In this document: piece after piece, positions 39,301 to 51,352 of the stretch
Layout of the letters: every line of letters begins with the position of its first letter
How positions within the stretch are numbered: the stretch's first letter is position 1
Assembly (NCBI GenBank): GCA_964016885.1
Contig: OZ024753.1
Location: forward strand, 41,726,001 to 41,790,000
Length of the DNA: 64,000 nucleotides
DNA from: Eledone cirrhosa
Taxonomy: Eukaryota
Reading direction: 5' to 3'
The notes under the pieces: generated by a model
The model's input: the letters and a program-made list of their open reading frames with translations, nothing else
Told to the model about the DNA's origin: nothing
The model's database searches: none
Program-made: the position numbers and the translations under genes

Positions 39301-42300
39301 ATGAGATGGTTGGGTCATGTGTTGAGGAAGGATGAAAGTAACTGGATAAGAGGAAGAGGGCTAGTGATGAATGTTGTGAAGAGAAATAGAATGAGATGTT
39401 AGGGTCATGTGTTGAGGAAGGATGGTAGTGACAGGGTGAGAGGAATAGAGCCAGTGATAAATGTGAAGTGAAATAGAATGAGATGTTTGGGTCATGTGTT
39501 GTAGATGGATGGAAGTGACTGGGTGAGAGGAAGAGAGCCAGGAATAAGTGAGTGAAGTCTTGGGTGTTGTCAATCGATTCAACCAATCAATATTATCAGC
39601 TTCGTACCTAAATTAGAAATTATTCTAGCAGCTTCTCTCATCAATTTTCTAGGAACAAGATGAAGCACTGAAGAGAGAAGAGGAGTTATTGCGGAAGATT
39701 GAAGAAATTTCTGAAGATCATCACCAAATGTGGCACTCCGAAAAGGTTTGTATTTGGTTATCTACTAATATAATAATATAATTATATTGGATTATATTAT
39801 AAGGTGTGCCACTCTAATCATCATCAGATGTAGCACTCTGATTATCATCATCATCAGATGTGCCTCACTGAAGATCATCATCATCATCATCTTCATCAGA
39901 TGTGCTACTCTAAAGATCAACATCATAAGATGTGGCACTCTGATCATCATTATCATCATCAAATGTTTTCTGCTATTATTCTCAAACTTCTTCCATTTTA
40001 GGAGAAATACGAAAATCTGTTGAGGAATTTAGAAATTGCTGAAGAGAGGATAACATCTCAAGAAGAAGAATTGACAGAACTCAATAAAACCATCAAACAG
40101 CTTCTACAAGAAAAGGTTGGTACTTACACTAGACTCTTCATTGTCCATTCTGGCTTGGATTCGATGGGTCATTACTGACCAAGTCTGTACTAGATTGGAG
40201 CTACTGTCCTCCTATATGGACGGTGTGGGAAGGCATGCCGTCTCACTTACATACATTCTAGTTTTGGCATGGTTTCTACAGCTGGATGCCTTTCCTTATG
40301 CTTAGATTCGCAATTGTGTGGTTGCGAGTTCAATTCCCAGTCCAGGCGTGTCTTAGGTACTTGAGCAAGACCCTTTATTTCATGTTGTTCTTTCTGCTGG
40401 GAGTTGTGACTGGTTGATAGATAATATCAGCAATGGAAACAATGAGTTTCATATCATTCCATAAGTGAATGACGTCTGGGATCTTGACGCTTGTTTTCAA
40501 CAACCACCGTCCTCCTTCATGTACTTATGGTGATGCATGAACCCTACATTATTTTACACATGTATCCCTACATTAGTTCTAATTTACTCACGTATCTCTA
40601 CAATAATTTACACATGTATCTCTACAATAATTTACACATGTATCCCTACAATAATTTACACATGTATCTCTACAATAATTTACACATGTATCTCTACAAT
40701 AATTTACACCTGTATCTCTACAATAATTTACACATGTATCTCTACAATAATTTACACATGTATCTCTACAATAATTTACACATGTATCCCTACAATAATT
40801 TACACATGTATCCCTACAATAATTTACACATGTATCCCTACAATAATTTACACATGTATCCCTACAATAATTTACACATGTATCCCTACAATAATTTACA
40901 CATGTATCCCTACAATAATTTACACATGTATCTCTACAATAATTTACACATGTATCTCTACAATAATTTACACATGTATCCCTACAATAATTTACACATG
41001 TATCCCTACAATAATTTACACATGTATCCCTACAATAATTTACACATGTATCTCTACAATAATTTACACATGTATCTCTACAATAATTTACACATGTATC
41101 TCTACAATAATTTACACATGTATCCCTACAATAATTTACACATGTATCTCTACAATAATTTACACATGTATCTCTACAATAATTTACACATGTATCTCTA
41201 CAATAATTTACACATGTATCCCTACAATAATTTACACATGTATCCCTACAATAATTTACACATGTATCTCTACAATAATTTACACATGTATCCCTACAAT
41301 AATTTACACATGTATCTCTACAATAATTTACACATGTATCTCTACAATAATTTACACATGTATCCCTACAATAATTTACACATGTATCTCTACAATAATC
41401 TACACATGTATCCCTACAATAATTTACACATGTATCCCTACAATAATTTACACATGTATCCCTACAATAATTTACACATGTATCCCTACAATAATTTACA
41501 CATGTATCTCTACAATAATTTACACATGTATCCCTACAATAATTTACACATGTATCCTTACAATAATTTACACATGTATCTCTACAATAATTTACACATG
41601 TATCTCTACAATAATTTACACATGTATCTCTACAATAATTTACACATGTATGCCTACATTAGTTCTAATTTACTCACGTATTTCTACAATAATTTACACA
41701 TGTATCCCTACAATAATTTACACATGTATCCCTACTTTTCACAGGAAAATCTGAATTCTGAAATGAAATTTATTGAGGCCAGACATGAAAACAATCAAAA
41801 AGAACTTGAGAAAAGATTAGAAAGCCAAATGGAGAAAGAGGTATTTCTTTTCTTTCCTCAATAATTATTCTCAGTGGTTAATTACTATTCTAATAATGAA
41901 ATAATAATTTAGTAAATCCCTCAAAATACTCCATTAATTAATAGATATAGAATGTACTTCATTAGAAATAGGGTCACAAAAGGATTAAAACTTTTTTGTT
42001 TTACTTGGGTTTTTTGGGGTTTTTTTTGAAGGGGGTGGATTTTTTAGTTGTTTTTGTAGTTATGTTTTGTAAACCTAATTATTTGAAATCTTTTCCAGAT
42101 TTCTACCATCATCGAAGATTTTGAAGCTAAACAAGAAAACATTGAAAGAAGCTTACAAAAGGATTACCAACAAAAAGTCTCCAGTTTGATGGAACAACAC
42201 AAGTCTCAGATGAATGAAACAATATTTAATTATCAGAAACTACAGCAACAAAATAAAGATTTTAATATTCAGCTTCAACATACAAAACGGACGTAAGTTT

Positions 42301-45300
42301 TAAGCTTTTCAACACTGAAGTTTAAAAACAATTCTTGTATATACTCATATGTAAGAAATACGTGACAAAACATTTGATGATAAAATCGGAGGTCAGTTTA
42401 TATTTGAGTATATATGGTGCATCATAGAAGAACTGTTGTATATCCACTATATATTCTATCTCTTGTATGTATTTAGTAATTTCTCATGACACATCTGATC
42501 TCTATTTGTGTAGGCTGCAAATTTATGGAGAGGAAAACCAGGCGCTAAGAATCTCCAATAAAAGATTGGAATCTCAGAGGTAAATAATATAGAATTGGAA
42601 GTTCCTTATTATCCAACAGTTACCACAAAACATCTTTCCAGATTCTTTAGCAATTTCACCAATTTATCATTCCTAGAATGGTCATTTTATTTACCCACCA
42701 CAGGGTGGAAGGTATGAGCCCACCATCCCTAGATTGTGTGTACATATAAATATTCACAACAAATTTTTATTCCATACATTTTGGATAATTTGGCCTTTGT
42801 CATTTAAAAAAATTTTTTTTAATATTTATCAAAGGGTTGAAGCCTTGAGCAGATTCCAGACTATAATGCAGCTTCATTGGAATAATGCTATTTCAGTTCT
42901 AGAAAATCCCCCCACATCTGAAGCTGTTGGCCAGGTGAGCAATTCTTTACCTGCACTAAATATTCTTTAAACAATTATAGGGACAATTATTTTCTATGAC
43001 TTGACTTGGACAAGGTTGAACCATATCATAACTCTGTGATATGATGTGGACAAGATTGAATCAGATCATAACTCTATGATGTTACTCGGATAAGACTAAA
43101 CCAGATCATAACTCTATGATGTTACTCGGATAAGACTAAACCAGATCATAACTCTATGATGTTACTCGGATAAGACTAAACCAGATCATAACTCTATGCA
43201 TTTATGCATCACTATCCAGTGTCTTTGTTTTCAGTGATCCCAAATTTATAATACCTACTGTATCTGTGTGTATGTGTGTGTGTCTGGGTGTAGAATAGTG
43301 ACAGCACATCTCTGCATGTCTTTAGAGGTGACTAAAAGTGTTGTACCTGCTAGTTAGTTTTATATAGTAAATCACATGTTTTATAAATGTTCTAGTCGCC
43401 CAGTGTCAATGGTACTGAAAGCTGCAGCAACAAACTTGTCAAACAGTCTCCAAATATAGTTTGTCCATTTCCACAAAATGTAAAATCCTCTGGATTAGGA
43501 AACGGTCAACAGATTTACCTTCAACCACAAACAAGTAGTCCCAATAACGACGCCATGAATATTTACTCTTTCACTCTAAATCCTGAGGATATAACTGGTA
43601 TGGAAAGTAAGAACCAGTACAATGATAATGGCGATAAAGGAAAACTGGTAGAAACATATCTTCATGGGTAAGTAACTTCTTTTATTTTATTGTGGCCATG
43701 CTGGGGCACCACTTTGAAATTTGATTGATCGTATTGATCCTCAGTTGATTTGTCTCTTTTTAAAGTCTTGTACATATTTTATCAATCTCTTTTTGTTGAA
43801 CTTCTAAGTTATCGTACATAAACAAGCACAGACACATACATAATATATCTATATATATATATATATATATATATTGTAAAATAATAATACAGACACCCAT
43901 CATGTATATACCTCAGTTAAACACCTATCTTGTTATATACCCCAGCTAAACACCATCAGTTATCTTCCTCAGTTAAACACCTACCATGTTATTTGCTACA
44001 GTTCAACACCATCAGTTGTATACCTAAGTTCTGTTTTTATTCATTGCAGTTTAAATGACCACCATTTTAAAACTATTTCTCCTCCGACTGTTGAAGATAC
44101 TATCAAAAATACAGGTATATACTAGTTTAATGAATTATTTACATCTTAACATCCTACACCGCATGAGACCTCATTAGCAAGTGATTCTTGAAAAGTACTA
44201 AACAGCACGCATCACATAAAAAATTAAAGTCTTTAGTCTAATGTTGCAAATTTTCACAAAGATCTGTTCACTAGTAAAGATACTATAAACATTTGAATTT
44301 AAATTTTCCACTAATTTTATATAAGAACCATATTAAATTACTATTTTAGTAATGAAATAATAATTTTAGTAAATTGCCCCAGAATTCTTCACTAATTAAT
44401 TGAAATAGAGTATAGCTTTAATTAAACTATACACAAAATAACAACAAACGGCAATTTGTTGAACTCTTGTTTTAATGTATGACAAAGATGTACAAACATA
44501 AGAAGGAGCGATCTACCCCTAAAGTTCAGGTCTTGTTACCCCCCTCACTGGAAGTTCCTTTGCTGCTGACCAGTTCAATAACAAGTCTGCAGTAAAGGTC
44601 CTTTGTCAACAGTTCGTCTTTTACGAGCTCAGGAGCAATACTCTACTAGAGTGTATTTCTTTAGAAAAACGATCATGAAAGTGTTAAGAAATATATGTTA
44701 AGTTACTATCTTAGTAATAAATTAATTAATAACTTTAATAAACCCCTCAAAAATTGTTTGTTAATTAATTGAAATAGAATCTATTTCTTTAGAAATACGA
44801 TCATCAAAAGGTTAAAAATGTAACATTTTTTCCTTTTAAGCAAATGGACCAACATCTTTGGCAGATTTTTTTCCACCTGTGACTCAAGATATCTCTCCAG
44901 AAACAGATGATAACCAAAATAATTCTTCCAATTTTTCCAGGTTGTAATTTTTTTCTATATATAAATGTTGATATGCCACTGTAAAGATAATAACTATACT
45001 TTGTAACTGTATAGTCTTGGGTTGTATCCTATTGTGTGTTACCTGGAGCAGGTGTTTGCTACAGTACTGTAGCCATGAGTCAGGCCACACCTTAGGGAAT
45101 TTGGTAGATGGAAATTATATAAAACCTGACCTATATCTGTCAGTGTGGGTGTGTGAGTTAGTTTGTGTGTATGTCTGTCAGTGTGTCTGTCAGTATGTGT
45201 ATGTTGGTGTGCATGTGTGTATGTCTGTCAGTATGTGTATGTGTGTCGGTGTGTATGTCTGTCAGTGTGTGTATGTGTCTGTTGGTGTGTATGTGTGTCG

Positions 45301-47963
45301 GTGTGTATGTGTGCCTGGGTGTTTGTGTGTGTTTGTGTGTGTGTGTTTGTCTCTTCTCTTCACATTCAACACTTCAAGCTATGTCGTATATATTTACATT
45401 CTATAAACAACTTCATTTTCCAGGTCAATGAATGTTAAGAATAGGAGTTTACACTTAGCTAATTATCATTTCAATTAATTGTGTTTCTACAGATTTCACA
45501 ATGAAAATATTTCCCCTTTGGCAAACCAACAAACATCCCGACAAGATGAACTTCATTATTTTGTGAAAATGGTTCGTTAACCTCTATTTACATAAAAAAT
45601 AATTTACTGAATAATATATTAAAATTACTTCTTTTTCTTCTTCTTCTTCTTCATACACTTATTTCTGGGAGTTTCGTTGGGGGAACAGTCCACAAACACT
45701 CCTTCCAGTGGGCCCTGGCAGAAGCAACCATCTCCAAGGCAAGACCAGCCAAGCTCATCATCATCATTATCATTTTACGTCTGCTTTTCCCTGCTTGCAA
45801 GGGTGGGACGGGTCCTATTCAGTACAGCATCTCTCCACTTGTCACGGCCCTTTGTCATCTCCTCCCTGAGCTTCAGCGATCTGAGGTCTGCTCTCACCAC
45901 CTCCGCCCACGTTTTTCGTGGTCTTCCTTCTACTGGCATTTCTTGGCACTTCTTTACTCACCATGGATATTATCCAATCATCTTGCTCAGGGTCTTACTC
46001 TTGGGTCTCTTGTTGGTTTCTTTCTCTCCCCGCTCCCCATAAAATCTGTCCAGTGATTCTTTCCAGAGACATTCTAACCACATGTCATTAAGAATATCAT
46101 CACCATCATCGTTTTACGTCTGCTTTTCCCTGCTTGCAAGGGTGGGACGGGTCTTATTAAACACAGCATCTCTCCATTTGTCACGGTCCTTTGTCATCTC
46201 CTCTGTGAGCTTTAGCTCTCACCTCCGCCACCCATGTTTTTCAATTTACAAAATTGACAAAAGGGAAGAAAATGGGAAGAGCGGGGAGAGGACAAGCTGT
46301 ATGCTGGCCTAAACAAACATATCAGAAATATAGAAACAAAAGAATTAATAGAACATAAGAGTTTTCAATAACAAGGTGAGTTGATAGATCATCATCATCG
46401 TTTAACGTCTATCTTCCACGCTAGCATGGGTTGGACGGGTTTGTCCCACTTGAGGCAAGATTGGTCAGGTGACCGTGTCTCGCTCATACAGAACTGTTTC
46501 TGACAGGTTTTCTATGGCTGGATGCCCTTCCTAACACCAACCACGTTTAAGTGTGGACTGGGAGCCTTTTTACCGTGTTTCCTACACAACCACTTTACAG
46601 TGTGGAATGGGTGCTTTTTCTCATGTCACCTACACGACCACTTTACAGTGTGGACTGGGAGCCTTTTTACCATGTCTCCTACACGACTACTTTACAGTGT
46701 GGACTGGGAGCCTTTTTACCGTGTCTCCTACACAACTACTTTACAGTGTGGACTAGGAGCCTTTTTACCGTGTCTCCTACACAACTACTCTACAGTGTGG
46801 AATGGGTGCTTTTTCTCATGTCACCTACACGACCACTTTACAGTGTGGACTGGGAGCCTTTTTACCATGTCTCCTACACGACCACTTTACAGTGTGGACT
46901 GGGAGCTTTTTTACCATGTCTCCTACATGACCACTTTACAGTGTGGACTGGGAGCCTTTTTACCATGTCTCCTACATGACCACTTTACAGTGTGGACTGG
47001 GTGCCTTTTTACCGTGTCCCTACACGACACTTTACAGTGTGGACTGGATGTTCTGTGGTACCAACATAACTTTACAGAGAAAGGGTGGTGTGTTAAATGT
47101 TAGAAGAAAATACCTTGCAGTATTTGTTCCTGCTATTTGGGTTTATATCCCACCTAGGTTAACTTTGCTTTTCATTCTTTCGAGGAGGCTGATAAAATAA
47201 AATACCGGTTCCAACACTGGAATGATGGAATTGGAATAGTTATCCACTTTTTCTGTGAATATATTTATCCAACATATTCAACTATTGTATAGTTAAATAT
47301 TTAAACATGCGTTGTAGCAGCTTTCACAAGCTTAACATACTTTCAAAATTCCTAAAATATTTGAAATACTTGTATTGCAGCTTCTCAATCGTATTCCAAA
47401 TAACAGATCTCTCTCTAGAACAGACAATATTGGTAATACTCAGGAACCCGAAGATAATGGTAAGTATTAATTCATTCCTTTTAACTGTGATTGTGACTGA
47501 TTTTCACTGTAATGAGTTCCTCAAATCTTTATTTATATATATATTTTGTTTCTGAATTTGTTTAGCAAGATTCTTTATCTGAAAACGTGTGTTGAAACCG
47601 ATATTGTTATGCTTTGGGAGGGTCATGTTGCCAATAAGAAACACACGCCCCCAGATGCTTTCACTCAAATTTATTATAAATTAAATTTATAAATTTCCGG
47701 TTGGTTGGTTGGTTCCACAACCGGACGGTTGTTCATATATTGTCAAAGTTCTTTCGTCACACATTCTGTGACCTATTCAGTGACTGGGGATTCTTTTCTT
47801 TGTTTTTGTGCCTCTCCTTTGTTCTGTCCTATGCGATCTTGTTTTTGTGTGTTATATATATATATATATGTGTGTATATTATATAGTTATCTAAATAACT
47901 CTGTAGCCTACATAGAGCACTCTCCTTTCCTTTACCTTTCCTACGGAAACAATATATATATTA

Positions 47964-47995
<32 letters not shown>

Positions 47996-48104
47996 GAATT
48001 ATAATATTTTTAATGCTTGCACTATTTTTAATGCTTATATTATTTCTCCACACACAGACTATAACAATCATATAAAGAACTTGTCACCAGATCAACCAAC
48101 CTAA
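33396..48104 (+). CDS. CNTROB: Centrobin (daughter-centriole coiled-coil protein), about 20 coding exons, about 1060 aa; last exon tentative
   Basis: Phase-consistent GT-AG exons: 33396-34548, 35671-35710, 36519-36729, 37103-37138, 37488-37568, 37696-37812, 38231-38317, 38903-39058, 39653-39745, 40002-40115, 41745-41840, 42099-42292, 42514-42579, 42835-42934, 43396-43667, 44050-44114, 44841-44940, 45493-45571, 47381-47459, tentatively 48058-48104. [56 protein letters not shown] matches remembered centrobin ERARRKHCERHIQSLQTRVLELQQQLAVAVAADRKKDTMIEQLDKTLARVVEGW; [22 protein letters not shown] matches EEQRVELVERLQAMLQAHWDEA. An acceptor at 33330 implies an upstream non-coding exon. Confidence 0.88.
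34560..34945 (-). mobile_element. Non-coding RTE 3'-tail repeat (short truncated copy or RTE-mobilised SINE)
   Basis: (ATC)n-TTTAACGTC..CTAGCATGGGTTAGAC..GCTGGATGCCCTTCCTAACAC is the reverse complement of the LINE 3' UTR. Other copies at about 38480-38690(+), 38695-38845(-), 46388-47095(-), 51361-51555(+), 52638-52740(-), 53530-53705(-), 55772-56150(-). Confidence 0.8.
35366..35532. mobile_element. piggyBac-like MITE, inverted second copy
   Basis: Same TIRs and TTAA flanks as 25788-25975; internal sequence reversed. Confidence 0.8.
36000..36167. mobile_element. TcMar-Tc2-like MITE, second copy
   Basis: CTGTATTTCCCAGTGCCGAAG ... CTTCGACACCGGGAAATACGG; internal sequence is the reverse complement of 11729-11895. 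Confidence 0.75.
37173..37480. repeat. 21-bp intronic minisatellite
   Basis: TTTATTTCAAATTAYAATAYA, about 14 copies, running into the acceptor at 37487. Confidence 0.9.
40553..41735. repeat. 24-bp intronic minisatellite, about 49 copies
   Basis: TACAATAATTTACACATGTATCYC; ends 9 nt before the acceptor at 41744. Confidence 0.95.
43000..43198. repeat. 40-bp tandem repeat
   Basis: GTTACTCGGATAAGACTAAACCAGATCATAACTCTATGAT x3 plus two diverged units. Confidence 0.9.
45757..45930 (-). mobile_element. 3' end of a second RTE subfamily
   Basis: (ATC)n..CTTGCAAGGGTGGGACGGGTC..CCACTTGTCACGG..CTGAGGTCTGCTCTCACCACCTCCGCC; the antisense encodes [14 protein letters not shown]. Also at about 24637-24790, 33074-33250, 35826-35998(+), 46100-46230. 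Confidence 0.75.
46540..47048. repeat. 49-bp tandem array inside an RTE-tail repeat
   Basis: CTTTACAGTGTGGACTGGGAGCCTTTTTACCATGTCTCCTACACGACCA, about 10 copies. Confidence 0.9.
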
Positions 48105-48639
48105 CACTCTTGTTCACCTACTTAAGGGCTTCTACTACATGTAACTCTCTGCCACACTATATAAACAAGACGCACGTACTTGCCACACATATAACCTTTG
48201 CACTATATAACCGCTTATTTTCATGTTGTACTTTAACCTGTATTTTTGATTGTATCTTTTAATATGAATGTAATCTCTAAGTGTGTACTGCCACTCTAAA
48301 TGCTGTAATGAATGTTGACCCGCAATATTTGCATATGTATCTGTATGTCTCTTGGGTGAAAAGGAGGTCATATAAGTGTTCACTCATTAATAAATTGCTC
48401 CGAAGAATCCAAACCGCGGTTTGGAGGAAACAGTTAATTAAATGTTTTGAACAGTTCTTTGATTCTTATAATTCATATAACTGCTCTGTAAATCATCTGA
48501 TGTTTTTACATTGAGCTACTTAACTTACTGGTAATAAGGTAGTAATATATTACTGCCTACCACTATTTAGGGTTTGTATAAAAATATATATAACTGCAAA
48601 AGGTTTTTATATTTACATAACCATAAATAGTATAATTAA

Positions 48640-48680
<41 letters not shown>

Positions 48681-48686
<6 letters not shown>

Positions 48687-51050
48687 GCCTTCCCTAGTGA
48701 GGAATGTACATCCCAACATAGCTTAGTTGTCAGCGACCTCACGGTCAGAACTAGACGAGCCCTGAAACAGAGGCCAACCTGGAGAAGAAAGATCTGGAAG
48801 CTGAAAGTCCCCTCAACCAGTAACAGATTTAAAGATATTTTACTCAACGCCTACGACAGTAAAGAAGAACAGATAGAGACATTTAACGTAGAAGAGAACT
48901 GGGAGTTCCTAAAAAATAACTTACTAGAGGCGACGGATGAGGTTTGTGGCTGGAGTAAGACCTCAAGCAGGAGGAGAGTGACTTGGTGGTGGAACAATAA
49001 GGTAGATGAAGCAGTCAAGGCCAAGAGACAGGCATGGAAAGAATGGAAGAACGGGGGGAGCAGGGTACATTACATAGAGACCAAGAGGGAAGCTAGGCGA
49101 CAAGTATACTTAGCTAGGAGGGAAGCAGAGGATAGAAAATTCAAGCATGTTTTACAACGTGAGGACCAGAAACAGGAGGTATTCAAGATTGCGAGGCAGT
49201 GTGTCAGAGATAGTTGTGATGTCATTGGAGAGAAGTGTATCCGGAATGATAAAGGTGAGCTTGCCCTCACAAGTGCTGAGAAGAAAGATGCATGGAAGAG
49301 TCATTATGATAGATTACTAAATGAGGAGAATGCATGGGAAGAAGAGACCCTACCCCACGTAGACCCTATAGAGGGACCAGCAGTACAAGTCAGCGGCAGC
49401 GTAGTAAGTAAGGCAATCAGAGATATGAAGATAGGGAAGGCAACCGGTCCATCGGGTATAGCTGCCGAGATGCTGAAGGCATCTGGGTCTGTAGGTCACA
49501 CTATAACCACATGTATCGTTAACCAGGTAATACTAGAGGGGGCCATACCAAAAGATTGGTGCAGTAGCATCATTGTCAACTGCTACAAAGGTAAAGGCGA
49601 TGCACTAGATAGAGGAAACTATAGAGGTATAAAGTTGATGGACCAGGTCATGAAAGTAACAGAAAGAGTTATAGCACAGCTGATTAGGAACCGGGTGAAT
49701 ATAGACGAGATGCAATTTGGGTTTGTACCAGGGAAAGGCACCACTGATGCCCTCTTCCTTGTGAGGCAATTACAGGAAAAGTACCTAGCTAAAAGTAAGC
49801 CACTCTACTTGGCATTTGTCGACCTTGAGAAAGCCTTTGACAGAGTTCCACATGCAGTAATCTGGTGGGCTCTTAGAAAACTAGGAGTAGATGAATGGCT
49901 TGTGAAAGCGGTACAAGCCATGTATAGGGGAGCAGTCAGCAAAGTTAGGATTGGCAATGAGTATAGCGAGGAATTTAGCGTACAGGTTGGGGTCCACCAG
50001 GGCTCTGTTCTTAGCCCTCTCCTGTTCATCATAGTCCTGCAGGCAATAACGGAGGAGTTTAAGACCGGATGCCCATGGGAACTCCTGTATGCTGATGACC
50101 TCGCACTCATAGCTGAATCTATGGTAGAACTAGAGAATAAATTCCAAACCTGGAAGCAGGGACTAGAGAGAAAGGGCCTCAAAGTCAACATGACAAAGAC
50201 TAAGGTCCTTATAAGTAGACGAGAAAACAGAACCCAGATCCCCTCAGGGAAATGGCCTTGCTCAGTATGTAGGAAAGGTGTAGGTAGGAACTCCATTCTC
50301 TGCCCCAAATGCAAACAATGGGTACACAAGAGATGTAGCGGGATCTCAGGAAGCTTAATTAAGAATGTAGGATTCACATGCAGCAGCTGTGCTGAAACAG
50401 CAAGCAAACAGCCACAGGAAACAAGTACCACCAATCTCTGGGAGGGCCCTGTAGAAACAGTAGACAGCTTCTGCTACCTAGGTGACCGAATTAGCAACGG
50501 AGGTGGGTGCTCAGAAAGTACAATAACTAGGGTAAGAACGGGATGGAAGAAGTTTAGGGAACTACTACCACTGCTAGCTGCAAAAGGCTTCTCCCTCAGA
50601 ATGAAAGGCAGACTGTATGATGCGTGTATCCGAACAGCGATGTTGCATGGTAGTGAGACCTGGGCGCTGAAGGTGGAAGACTTACATAGATTAGAGAGAA
50701 ACGAAGCCTGCATGCTCCGATGGATGTGTAACAGTAATATACGTGAACGACAAAGCATAAAGGAATTGAGAGAGAGACTGAGCATAAGAGGAATCAAATG
50801 CTGCGTGCAGGAGAGGCGGTTACGCTGGTATGGACATGTGATGCGTATGAAGGATGACAGCTGCATAAAAAGGTGCAGAGCACTAGAAGTTGATGGAAAC
50901 CGCGGAGTGGGGAGACCCAAGATGACTTGGGATGAGGTGATAAAAGCTGACCTTACCCAACTACACCTCTCAAAGTCAATGACACACGACCGTGACTTCT
51001 GGCGTCACGCAGTAATACAGGGTACCCGACCGCCCATGGGTACATGCTGA
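48681..51050 (+). CDS. RTE reverse transcriptase ORF (partial, no native start; track ORF 48978-51050)
   Basis: Motifs WWWN, KGKGDALDRGNYRGIKL, QFGF, FVDLEKAFD, GVHQGSVLSPLLF, YADD (50088-50099), FCYLG, HGSETW, RRLRWYGHVMR, GRPKMTW; no stop or frameshift. Confidence 0.92.
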
Positions 51051-51352
51051 AGCATATAAACAATATGCCCCCACTCCCCCCACCGCAAGGTGGTCGTGGA
51101 GGTGCCACGGCAAAAAAGCACCCAGCCCACACTGTAAAGTGGACGTGTAGGCGCCACGAAAAAGCACCCAGCACTCACTGTAAATGAGGTTGGTGTTAGG
51201 AAGGGCATCCAGCTGTAGAAATCAAGCCAGATCAGTTCCTGTATGAGCAAGGCATGGTCAGCCGACCAGACACTGCCCACAACAGGACAACCCGTCTAAC
51301 CCATGCTAGCGTGGAAGAACGGACGTAAAACGGTGATGATGATGATGATGAT
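48681..51352 (+). mobile_element. RTE-clade LINE, 5'-truncated, young-looking copy
   Basis: Starts directly after (TA)n with the end of the APE endonuclease (KAFPSEECTSQHSLVVSDL), open frame to the stop at 51050, then about 300 nt 3' UTR and a (GAT)n tail. Confidence 0.93.

Noticed and set aside
39083-39586. 167-aa minus-strand ORF
   Set aside because: Degenerate purine-rich tandem repeat inside a CNTROB intron.
41841-41850. GTATTTCTTT donor as a second U12 intron
   Set aside because: Lacks the TCC core, and the acceptor has an ordinary pyrimidine tract.
40491-41864. 457-aa YNNLHMY ORF as a standalone gene
   Set aside because: Intronic minisatellite; only 41745-41840 is a CNTROB exon.
48396-48435. 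Hammerhead-like motif CCGAAGA-stem-GGAAAC (also near misses at 6579-6610, 23865-23890, 56436-56475)
   Set aside because: Each deviates from the CUGANGA/GAAA core or lacks stems I/III and a correctly placed NUH; at best decayed Penelope-type motifs.
49070-50920. Antisense ORFs within the LINE
   Set aside because: Shadows of the sense RT ORF with no motifs.
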